Positions 25,436 to 37,130 of a stretch of 64,000 nucleotides of DNA are shown here, piece after piece. Within the stretch, counting starts at the first letter, position 1. Each line of letters begins with the position of its first letter. The position numbers and the translations under genes are program-made. The notes beneath the pieces are model-generated. The model saw nothing but the letters and a program-made list of their open reading frames with translations, made no database searches and was not told the origin of the DNA. Source of the stretch: Octopus sinensis (Eukaryota); NCBI RefSeq assembly GCF_006345805.1, contig NC_043016.1:13578001-13642000 (forward strand), written 5' to 3'.

Positions 25436-25865
25436 ACAGACGTGGCTGTGCGGTATAAAGATTGCTTCCTAACCACAAGATCCCGGGTCCGTTCCTACAG
25501 GGTTACATCTTGGGTAAGTGTCTTCAACTAAATAAAGCCCCAGACCGATGAACGCCTTGGGAGTAGATTTGATTGACGGAAACTGAAAGAAGCCTTTGAC
25601 AGAAACTGAGAGGCGGCAAGCTGGCAGAAACGTTAGCGCGCCGGGCGAAATGCTTAGCGGATTTCGTCTGCTGTTACGTTCTGAGTTCAAATTCCGCCGA
25701 GGTCGACTTTGCCTTTCATCCTTTCGGGGACGATTAAATAAAGTGCTAGTTTCGCACTGGGGTCGATGTAATCGACCTAATCCCTTTGTCTGTCCTTGTT
25801 TGTCCTCTCTGTGTTTAGCCCCTTGTGGGCAATAAAGAAATAAGAAACTGAAAGAAGCCCGTTGC
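25436..25865 (+). mobile_element. SINE A (25611-25845) nested in a SINE B copy
   Basis: SINE B head (GTGGCTGTGCGGTA...GGAAACTGAAAGAAGCC) is interrupted by a CpG-rich SINE A flanked by an AGAAACTGA direct repeat. Confidence 0.8.
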
Positions 25866-26152
25866 TCCTCATGTAAGTAAGTACGTATGTAGTGCCGTCT
25901 TTAGGCACGGGCATACTGAGCAGTTTCCCACGGGCTTCACGGGTCTAGAAAGGCAACGGAGATCTATATACTGTGGCTTGTAAAAAAAATAAGATAAGGC
26001 CCAGCGCACTGATTTGCCCGGGGACCTAGGGACATGTATGTATAATGATAATAATGAAATTATTGTATACAGTGCTGAGGTGCACCACAACTTGTCAAAA
26101 GTATGTATGTATGCATGTGTGTGTGTGTGTGTGTTTGTATTATATGCGCGCG

Positions 26153-26190
<38 letters not shown>

Positions 26191-26516
26191 CGTGCGTGTG
26201 TGTGTGCGCGTGTGTGTGTGTGTGTTCGTATTGCCTTCTCTTGACAGACATCGCGTGATTTGTGAAATGATTGTCAACAGCGATACGAGCAGTGTCATTT
26301 ATTTCCAATATTCCAAAGCCTGGCGTGAAGAATTATCACTTTTGCCTGGAAACAGGTGAGGGTTGGCAACAGGACGGAATCCAGCCGCAGAAAAATCTGC
26401 ATCAATAGACTCCGTCCGAACCATGCAAGCATGAAAAACTGGACGTAAAAGTAATAATAATAATGTTGACGATAAAATATATTATACAGATAAACATATA
26501 TATATATATATATAAT

Positions 26517-26548
<32 letters not shown>

Positions 26549-26643
26549 CACATACATACATACATGTATGTATACATATATAAACATATACATAACACAT
26601 GCACACACACACATTCATATATATATGTGTGTGTGTGTGTGTG

Positions 26644-26684
<41 letters not shown>

Positions 26685-27780
26685 GCATGTAAAATGTGTG
26701 CAATTTTGTTGTGAATGTTTGTGTTGTTCTTTTAATCGCTTGTCAGCCCCGATCGAGCTGACCCATGATCGAAGCCTGGCAACGACCATCTCGTCGGTAT
26801 AATCTAGGACCACAGCAACCCCCACATAAATAATTCAAAATAAGAGGCGTTGCTAAAACCGACTGGATCCGCACTTGGTCCCTTACACGTCCTAAGGCAA
26901 CGAAACACAAAACCTAGTCAGTTCACCGATGACTGTGAAGATAAAACGACAACCTAAGCATACAAGAATTAATGTGCATGTATATATATTTGACGATGCG
27001 TTGTTTCAGGTCAACTTCACTGGGAAATGAAAAAATATTTATAATTTAGAATAAGGAAAATGAATATTAAATAGACGACCGACCCAAGTCCTCAGATTTG
27101 AAAATAAAGGCTATTATCGGTTAATGGACCTCAGTATATGACTGATACATATTCCATCAATCGAAGGGGGTCGGAAAACAAAGCAGAAATACTCAAGTCT
27201 TGTATAAATACTGTAATGATTCTGCCATATAGGAAAGCAGACATCACATTTTGATTTGATTTCAAACCATGATGCCACAGGTTGCTCCGCCCCTTTCCCG
27301 GCGTGGAGAAATTTAAATGGATAACTTGAGTATAGTGGGGACTGTTGGAACGATCATACTCGTATCTCTTCGACGAGCTTCTTCCTTATCACTAGAGCTG
27401 CTAGAAATAGCAGCCAAATCTCACTCAGATCACATCCTACGATCTTATATAAAAAGATACATTGGATAATGTAGTCCTACACAGTCTGAAAAAAGACTCG
27501 ATTGTCATGTTTCGAATGCTTTTAATTAGAAATCTGCTTGAATAAGGTTGATCTAGGGATAAGAAACATTAAGTAGCCTTCTGGATATTTATATGTCAAA
27601 CTACAACTATGGCATATCCTGTGCTACAAGTATGACGTTCTTTGTTACAAATGATCGCAAATGAACAATGCTTTAAATATATACACAGATAAAGACAGTT
27701 TATTTTTTAAAACAAATATACTGAAAATCGCTGCACAAACAATGCTGATTTATAATAAAAAAAAAAGAAGGTGTACCTAC

Positions 27781-27799
27781 TTGTACTTTCTCCAGACAT
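27781..27799 (-). CDS. SIRT2: Sirtuin-2 first coding exon (19 coding nt): MSGEST + 1 nt
   Basis: ttcaagATGTCTGGAGAAAGTACAA|gtaggt inside a CpG-retaining region; phase 1 joins exon 2; a very short first coding exon as in vertebrate SIRT2. Confidence 0.7.
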
Positions 27800-28000
27800 C
27801 TTGAAATGTGTAAACAGATGGGAAGATTGTCTTGGAAGAACAGTTACCTCCCTTGATAGCAGACACTCCTGCAACCTGACGAACTTTGCTCTTTAATTTG
27901 ATGCTAAGGTCAAAGTTCACGATCGCTTGAGTCCCGGACTCGATTTCGGTTCTCTGTCGAAATGATTTTTATCGATATCGAAAATGATATTAAAATTATT
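27800..28000 (-). promoter_or_regulatory. Putative SIRT2 5' UTR/core promoter with DR1 (27907-27919) and TATCGATA (27970-27977) motifs
   Basis: Locally CpG-rich, immediately upstream of the inferred ATG; motifs read directly; TSS not determined. Confidence 0.45.
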
Positions 28001-29285
28001 ATTTTTTTTTAAATCATGAACTTCTTAATATCACATTTTTCAGACATCATACCTACTACTATGTTAGAAATCACTGTTTTTCCTACATTCATAATTTTAT
28101 CAAGTCCAAATTTGGCATTGGGTTTCCAGCCACTTCCGGTGAATTTCAAGGAGTTGGAAGCATCGCAGAGTCTACGTGACGGGTGGAAAATACAGGGGTA
28201 CCAAAAGCCCTTCAACGACAGCAGTCGTTATTTCCAGATGTCAACTTTCGTAATTAGTGTTACAATTTTAATGATACAATACTCGAAATGCAAACAAAAC
28301 TGTAATTTCTTTGACTGGGGAAAATTTTTAGCTGGAGCTCCGAAGAGCTTCTGGTAAAATACTTTCAGTGATTTCTTAATACTACAAATGTTTGTTCCGA
28401 GGTGACTATAGGCATAACTACAAATATTTCTCCCCACTGAATTTGTTGCCTCATAATTTCCAGAAAAATGAATACTTTTTAACGAAACTTTAAACAAATA
28501 ATCGCTCAGATCCTGTAGATTGAATGTATCGAAAGATTTGTTGGAAAATTTTTTCCCCGAGGGGTTGGGATGAGGAGTTTCGGAAAATTCACACCACCCG
28601 ACATTTTTTCCCTCGTAACTTTCGGGGAAATGGGTATTTTTTAATGAAATTTTATCCAAATACCTTTCAAACGGTGTAGATTACGATTACAAAGAAATTT
28701 GTTAGCAAAATGTTTTAGAAAGGGGCGGAGCAGGAGTTTCTGATAAACAGTTTCGGATCAGGCGGCCCACATAAGTTAGAATTTCTCCATTTTGACCAAG
28801 ATTTTTTCAATTATTTTTTTATTGGCAGTTTTCGGATGATGGATAATGTAGTCCTACACAGTCTGAAATTAAAATTATTTTAATATCATTTTCGCGAAAA
28901 ATAGAAAAAATTTTGAAAAAATTTTTTTTTCACTCTCACCAACCCATTCCGGACCGATTTGGGCCAATTTTTTTTCCACTGTGCACTTAAAACCCATAAG
29001 GGAAACATTTTCGATTTTTAAAAAATTGTTAATAATTTCAGAAGAAAATGTGTAATTTAAGGGACATCTGGCTGTTATTTCTAGCACATCCCAAGACCTC
29101 CCTCCTACTTTCTTTCTCACTCACATCTATTGACGTTTTTCAATATTTTTCTTCCCATAAACACATTTTATGGAATGATGATGTGAAAGTAACACACGTG
29201 TATAGCATTGCTGGGATATAAGCAAAGTGAAAATAAGAATGGTAATTTAAATTTTTACTCGCACCCCAACCAAGAGAGGCCGTGT

Positions 29286-29339
<54 letters not shown>

Positions 29340-29451
29340 AAGAAAACATTTTCTAACAGAAAATTATGCTATCAAAATAAATCATCATGGCTCTTTTACA
29401 TACCTGTTATTAAAATCATTCTGGATATGTATGTATGTATGCATACATACA

Positions 29452-29930
29452 ATCATCATCATCATCATTATCGTTTAACGCCCGCTTTCCATGCTGGCAT
29501 GGGTTGCACGATTTGACTCAGGTCTGGCGAACCAGATGACTGCACCAGGCAGAGTTTCTACAGCTGGATGCCCTTCCTAACGCCAACCACTCCGAGAGTG
29601 TAGTGGGTGCTTTTACGTGCCATTGGCACGAGGGCCAGTCAGGCAGTAATGGCAACAGCCACGCTCAAATGGTGTTTTTATGTGCCACCTGCACAGGAGC
29701 CAGTCCAGCGGTACTGGTAATGACCTCGCTCAAATGTTTTTTCACGTGCCACCAGCACAAGTGCCAGTAAGGCAATGCTGGTAACGACCACGCTCGAATG
29801 GAACTTTTAACTTGCCATTGGCACGGAGACCAGCTTGTTGGTCTGGCCCTGATCTCACTCATATGGTACTCTTAGCACTCCACTAGCATGGATGCCAGTC
29901 ATCGAATTTGATTTCGATTATCATCATCAT
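29452..29930 (-). mobile_element. RTE 3' UTR element (second subfamily)
   Basis: (CAT)n tail and units of the type GCCAGT...GGCAACGACCACGCTCGAATGG, similar to 44750-45030. Confidence 0.75.
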
Positions 29931-30759
29931 CGTTTTACGTCCATGTTACATACTGGGTGGGTTGGATGGGTCCAAGGACTGCTTCATGCTCCAGACTCTG
30001 CTTTAATAAGCACTTTTTTTTTTGCTTTTTCTTTGTACCACCCGCACAAATGAGGTCAAGCAGCTCACAAAACTATGAACCTGAAGGGGAGGGACTTATG
30101 CTAGGATATGATGTCCGAAAGTATGAGAAAAGGCAGCTCAGATGATTTCTTGTTATATAGGCCCTACATGGCCACTCACATTTAGAAAAGGTGATAATAG
30201 TCAGGTGAAGCTATAAAGAGGTAATGACATGTCCAGGTGACTCCTCAGGTACAAGGTACATAGAAGTGAATTAGCACATAGGATATGTGGGTGGGCTTTG
30301 CAAGAGCAAATTGGGGGATCAAGAGATGGAATTGGAGAGTGGAAAGGAGATAGGCAACAATTGTAAAGATTGGGTGGGTTTGAAGGGTGGATGTAGGGAA
30401 TTGTGGATAAGAAGATGAGAATGACTATTGTTCTGAAAGTTACAGGGATACAAAAAAGAACAAGGTGTGAGTGGAGGGAGCAAGGGGACAGTAATCAGTT
30501 TGTAGGAGGAGGACAAGTGAGAGATGACTTGTGCAAGAGAGGGAGGCAGGAGCCGTGCATAAGGAGAAATAATTCTGTGGTTCAGTGGAAACAGGGATTA
30601 TTGTAATGTGTAGGTGGAGAAAACAGTATTAATGGATGAAGAATGGTTTGTAAATGAAATGGATCCAAGTAGCAAGAAAAATATAATGGTATTAAGAGAT
30701 ATGAGGAAATTGGGAGAGATGCCTATTTGTGCATATCTGTATACACATAGTGCTTCCAG

Positions 30760-31860
30760 AATCCGTTTCGCAGGCATAGGTGGTTCTTCTTGGGAACTGC
30801 ATATTGCCAATTATCCCACTTCTTTGTCATTGCCATGACGCTTGGGGTCCTAAGATCAGCCTTCACCAATTCATCCCATATCTTCCTAGGTCTCCCTCTT
30901 TTGCAATGTTCATCCACGTTAAGTCATCAGCACTTCTTTATACAGCTGTCCTCATCCATACATATCACATGTCCATGCCATACTTCTTTCTTGAACTCAA
31001 CATCCAATCCCTCATTAACAGTTTTTCACTCGCCACCTTCATACTAATTCTTTCATGCACACTTACATTGCACGTCCAGTGGAGTATGCTAACTTCATTT
31101 CTTTCTAGTCTATACATTTAGGGCTTATGTCTCACTATCATGCACCCTTGCAGTTCTAACACAATCTGCCTTTCATTCTGAAGGAAAAAACCCTTGTTGC
31201 CAACTATGGTAGTAACTCATTGACCTTTCTCCAATCCATTCTTACTCTGGCTGCTCTACTTTCAAAGCAACCACTTACCTTGCTAATTATGTCTCCTAAG
31301 TAACAAAAAATATCAACTACTTCTAATAAACCATCAAGACGTACAAGAGTCTATTTTGAGTGTGTTCATAGTACATACTGCTCCAGTGCATCTACTATAT
31401 ATGAAGCTTATGTTATCTGCTCACCTGCATATGGTGTATCCATACCTTACTTTGGTACAGCATATGGAGTTTATACCTACTCTTTCTTCATATCGACCAT
31501 AGTCATTTCCTTGAAGATACCAGAGTCCTGTCTTCTTTCTTACTTGCCTTTGTCATTTGCTAAGTTTACCTTAAGATCTCTCGATTTTAAGGTTAGCTTC
31601 TATGCCTGAAATTTCTTCTCTAATTCTCCTAAAGATTCAGCTATGCGCACGAGATCATCAGGATATAAGAGTTCACATGGGTAGCCAATCTTGAACTTCT
31701 CAGTGATGGCCTGTAAGATAATGATAAATAGAAGGAGACAGAGGACTCCAATCCTCAGACTAAATTCTTCATTGACGTCATTGTTAACTCTCACTTTACT
31801 TATTGCATCTTTGTTCATGGCTTATACAGCTCTCACAAGCCATTTGTCAATGTCTAGTTA
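30760..31860 (-). mobile_element. Old, decayed RTE LINE ORF2 fragment
   Basis: AISKVRVNNDVNEEF...ELLYPDDLV (RT YADD motif) and RGRPRKIWDELVKADL C-terminus; homologous to 45000-46100. Confidence 0.85.
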
Positions 31861-31944
31861 TGTTAATTAGACCAAGATTACTATATGTAATAATACACAC
31901 ACATATACATATATATATATCTTTATATATATATATATATACTA

Positions 31945-32110
31945 CACTCACGGAGTGGTTGGCGTTAGGAAGGGCATCCAGCCGTAGAAACACTGCCAGA
32001 TCTGACTGGGCCTGATGAAGCCTTCCAGCTTCACAGACCCCAGTTGAACCGTCCAACCCATGCTAGCATGGAGAACGGACGTTAAACGATGATGATGATG
32101 ATGATGATGA
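31945..32110 (+). mobile_element. Short RTE 3' end in a (TA)n tract
   Basis: Ends GGACGTTAAAC(GAT)n; flanked by ATATATATATATAC on both sides. Confidence 0.8.
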
Positions 32111-32469
32111 TATATATATATATACGGCAAAATGTCTGTCTGTGTGTGTGTCCTTTATACAAATCCACAATTTTTCAGTTAGAGGGCTCACACTTTCTTT
32201 GTCGGCCCGAGGCTATAGCCCAAGGTGCCACGCAGTGGGACTGAACCAGCAACCATGTGGTTGGGAAGCAAGCTTCTTACCAGACAACCTGTATATATAT
32301 AGAGGTGAGTTCAATTAGAGGTTATGAAACCCTTCTAAGGGATACTTGTATCCAATGAATTTACTGGTGTCTTACCTGTATGTGATTATGAGTATTAGTA
32401 TTAATCTTCATAAATGATAGGTAAGGAAAGGAATAAACTGAAGTTTATCAATATTTAAAGAAAAATAAT

Positions 32470-33369
32470 AAAATGGAGATAAAATTGAGAATTGATAAGC
32501 ATCAATTATTATTTATTGATTATAAAAAGACAAAATCTCATCTGACAGCTGTTTCTGTTGGCACTATTGTCAGGCTTAACTACTACAATAATAACAATAA
32601 TAATTATTATTATCATTGTAAGTAATTAATTATTGATCGTGGCCATTGCCAGCTTCATCTGGTCTCCGTGCCGGTGGCACATAAAAAGCACCATCCAGTC
32701 ATGGCCGTTTGCCAGCCTCATCTGGCACCTGTGCCGGTGGCACATAAAAAGCACCCACTACACTCACGGAGTGGTTGGCGTTAGGAAGGGCATCCAGCTG
32801 TAGAAACACTGCCAGATCAGACTGGAGCCTGGTGCAGCCTCCTGGCTTCACAGATCCCAGTTAAACCGTCCAACCCATGCTAGCATGGAAAACGGACGTT
32901 AAATAATGATGATGATGATGAATTTAACTAGTGGAACTTCATAAGAGCAGAAAAGAAAGAGAAAGCAAGAAACTAAGGATATATCAATTCATGTTACATG
33001 CTGTTCCACTGGGAACCTTTCAACCGACTAAAGTTTAGAAATAGTATTGGAATAGTTATAATACTTAAACTATTTCAATTCTATTACTAAATTTTAGTCG
33101 GTCGAAAGGAGAGCATGTAACATGAATTGATATATCCTTATTTTCTTGATTTCTGTTTTTCTTATCTTTTTCTTTACTTTTCTGCTCTGATGAAATTCCA
33201 CTATTTAAATTGCCATAATTAATTACTCACAATGATAATTACTATTTTTATTGTAGTCGTTAAGCCTGAGAATAGCGCCAACAGAAACAGCTGTCAGATG
33301 AGAATTTGTCTTTTTATAATCAATAAATGATAATTGATGTGTATCAATCATCAATTTTATCTCCATTTT
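32470..33369. repeat. Long imperfect inverted repeat (fold-back) interrupted by an RTE tail at 32634-32920
   Basis: 32470-32633 plus 32921-33057 is the reverse complement of 33068-33369; 10-nt loop. Confidence 0.85.
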
Positions 33370-34975
33370 CTGTTTTCCTTTTATATATATACATACAATC
33401 ATACATGTGCTTTCAAGCTGACATGGGTTGGATGGTTTGACAGAATCTGGTAAGCCATAGGGGTACAGCATGGTCTACTGCTTTGGCTTGGTCTCTCTAC
33501 AACTGGACTCCCTTCTACAGCTTGATGTTCTTGCCAACTACTTTACAGAGTGTACCAAGTTCTTTTTCATAGCACCAGCACTAGTGAGTTCACCAAGTAA
33601 CTTGCAAGGCAAGACCTCTCAACTGAGTGGAGTATAGTACGGAGGGAGGTGAAAGTATGATAAAAGAACTGGTATCTTGCTGAAGAGGAGATACATGGAA
33701 AGAGATGGTGAGGGTGTACCCTTGAGGTAAAAGTTGAATATAAAAGAGACTATAGGGACAAAGAAATGGAAAGTGTAGGTAAGTTCGTGAGAGCATGTAA
33801 AATGTGTGACGGATGGTTAGAGATGAGGACTGATGTGGACACAGTGGAGGAGGGGAATAAAGGTATTAAGAGAAGGTCAGGGTTAAAAAAAGTGTGCTAC
33901 AGTGTTTACATTCCTTGTTGAAATTATGACTGGTCACTTTGCACTTTGAAAACTAGTGGAATCAAAGATTCACTTACTTGTAAAACAGGTAAGGGTTAGC
34001 ATGAGGGGGGCATTGGACCTTAAAATGCTTCTTCAAATGAATACCACTCAATCATTCTAATATGGGAAAATGGATGTTAAACAAACAATAGAGTGCCAAC
34101 AGTTCTTGCTCAAAAGTACTGAAGTTTCTTTCAGGTGTTAAGATGCTTGAGAAGAATGAAAACTAATACCATTATTACGTGATCTTTTACTTCAATCAAT
34201 AGACCGAAAGCTGTACAGGGGCTGAGATGAGCCAGCATAGAAGTTTTAGCTAAGACATTAGTTTCAAGAGAGTAAGTTATGTATCATCAGGGTAATAGTT
34301 CTTTTGTGCTTTATTCTAGAGCAATGGTTTCCATGAACCTCTTTGACTCCTGTTGTACTCCTTTTGATTCCTTATAGCCACTTGATGTTTTAAAAAAATC
34401 CTACCATATTTTTGTAATCAAATATTATGAGGTATTGTATAAAAAAAATTATTAAAATATTTCAAATATTGTGGTAGTATAAGCGATTTATTGCACTCAA
34501 AATTTTTAACAGTAAAATCTTATATGGACCCTGATTGTAAACTGGTGTTCTTAAGGATATCTGTGAGGAGGTTGAAGAAAGTTTGCACATTGAGAACTAA
34601 AACAACAATAAAAAATTGCTCAGGGTGAGAAGCTCCTTTAATTCCTTCAATGAATTAGGAACAGGAAAATCTTGGAGATAGATTTAACATTTAGTTGAGT
34701 GGGTGAATTCCATGTCCGTTAATGAAATGTCCCAGGAAGTATAAAGAAGTGACTCTTGAACATATTACAGTTATGTAGTTAGTGGTGACACCATATCGAA
34801 AAAGACAATTGGGAAAGAGGGGGGGAGATAATTTTTATATTCCTCTGGATGTGCTCGTAACAATAGATTATCAATTTGGGGACAAATGAAAATATTGATG
34901 AAGTGGTAGAATGTTGATGCAGTGTTTTTCAAACAGAACAACATTCAAAGAAACTCAGACTTCAGTTCTGTGAAT

Positions 34976-35330
34976 CATCATCATCATCATCATCATCGTT
35001 TAACGTCCGTTCTCCATGCTAGCATGGGTTGGATGGTTCGACCGGGGATCTAGGAAGCCAGAAGGCTGCACCAGGCTCCAGTCTTATCTGGCAATGTTTC
35101 TACAGCTGGATGCCCTTCCTAATGCCAACCACTCCGTGAGTGTAGTGGGTGCTTTTTACGTGCCACCAGCACAGGTGCCAGGCGAGGCTGGCATCGGCCA
35201 CGGTCGGATTGGTGCATTTTACATGCCACCGGCACGGATGCCAGTCAAGGCGGCACTGGCTTCGGCCACGATTTGGATGGTGCTTTTTACGTGCCACCGG
35301 CACGGAAGCCAGTCGAGGCGAGAGAGGAAG
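34976..35330 (-). mobile_element. 5'-truncated RTE 3' end
   Basis: (CAT)n, conserved block, 3-4 tandem units. Confidence 0.85.
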
Positions 35331-36379
35331 AGAAATCCTATAAATGGAACTGGATTGGATTGCCTATAATAGCATCAAATTATTCTCTCAACCAACCACA
35401 GTCTGATGTGGATGCTGGGTCATTTGATTTTGAGATCAAACTGAGATATACAGTGCTTATTAAATTTAGTGCAGGGGTTAAGTGTCTGATAGTAACCACA
35501 AGGTTGTCAGTCACCTGTAGTTTTTTTAGGGCCCCTATGAAAGGGGTGATGACCAATTTTTCTCAGATGAGCAAACAATAATAATTTCCAGTATATGATC
35601 AAATTCTGCTTTAGCAATCTTAAATCAATCAAAAGCAAAATGCCATGGTTCGGTAAAGACTAATGATCCATCAGTGATGTGGTTAGTAACAGAGTGACTT
35701 GCAGCTTGGTTGTTGTTTTTTAACACAAGGTAGGTAATGCTAGTGTACTTGTAAAGAATATCATTGTATTGGCTTGAAGAAGTGTTCAAGAAGATGGGAT
35801 TGACAGAACAAGCCTGCATAGCAACACCACACACAAGACTGGTGGCAGACTCAACCAGGCGGTTGCATCTAATATCAACTAAAAGGTTGAAATGATGCAA
35901 AAAAAAAAATTTGAATACTCTTTTGCAGACAGATAATGCATAAGCAGTTTCTCGTTGAAAGTATGAATTGGGAAATGGTTTATATATCTAGTAAAAGAAT
36001 AGATGTGAGTTTCTTGTTATCTGGCACTAGAGGAAATGGTTGGATGTTCACCTTTGCTGTAGTGTCCACAGGAAAACAAGTACTGATAAATTGCTTGATG
36101 ACAAAAAGAGGTTAATTAAGTTTGGAAATGCCACTTAAATCACCACCTTAACGTTCCACTGGCACCAGTGCCAATAAGGTAGTACTGTCATCAGCCACTT
36201 CAGCGATTTTGGTTTTTTACACTTGCTGCAATAGGTCTTCGTAAGCAAAGTTCATTGTCCAATGAATGTGGGGTCCTCGTAAGTAGGTGGTGCTCCAGCA
36301 TGGCCGCACTCAAATGACTGAAACAAGTAAAAGAATAAAAGAGTTAAAAGAAGCATGATGCCATGTAAGATCATTGAAA

Positions 36380-37130
36380 AAAATTGCCTATGTTTGTAAA
36401 TTGAGGTTCCATATTCTTGGCTGGACTTTCTGTTATAATTTTCCTAGATTATTTGTAGACAATTTGCAGATACAAAAGCTGCCAGTTGAAAGCTCTGCAT
36501 ATTGGACACTTGCAGGTTTATGGGGTCATCAAGAGTGAATGCATGCCATTTTGGGGCCTTCTTTTCAACGGCATTATTGCACACTGGTACTCCCTCACTG
36601 AGATGGAGCCCTGCTTGCTAGATCAACTAGATTTCACTCAATATTCTGCTAGCCATTGCTCATTATCTCTTTTTAATCAAATCCAATGACTTGTCTTATC
36701 CACTGTGGCCTGGGTATCACTTATAATGGTATTTGCTTTACGATGAGTTAGGCTTAGCAACAACAACCATCACCTCACACTCTTTCCAATGAATTTTCAA
36801 TGTCTGACTTCATTATTTTACATTAATATATTCAGACAAATGTCCTCATTTTGGTTGCAATAGTTACAACATTTTGACAGTTGAACCATCTACCCTTTCT
36901 CATGTTGTATTTGATAATAATCTCACAATTTCAAACTGAAACCTTTGCTAAATCCTTGGAAGCAAATTATTCTCATTCTGTTGTCCATAGAATGGAATAT
37001 TCTCCCATTTGTAAAGCTGCTTGCTTATTCCATTTGAACCAGAGTGTACATAGATTTGCTGATCCAAGGATTGAACTCGTATATACCAAGGAAACTGCAA
37101 CACTTAATACTTGATGTTTAATCAATTCAT
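36380..37130 (-). mobile_element. Decayed R4/Dong-like LINE C-terminal fragment
   Basis: Stop-riddled frames with a remnant CKCPICR zinc-knuckle-like segment. Confidence 0.4.

Noticed and set aside
24379-25531. ORFs of 220-365 aa, the longest in the track
   Set aside because: Translations of (ATGT)n, which has no stop codons in most frames; the same applies to the ORFs at 528-1013, 18112-18799, 26295-26825 and 50846-51714.
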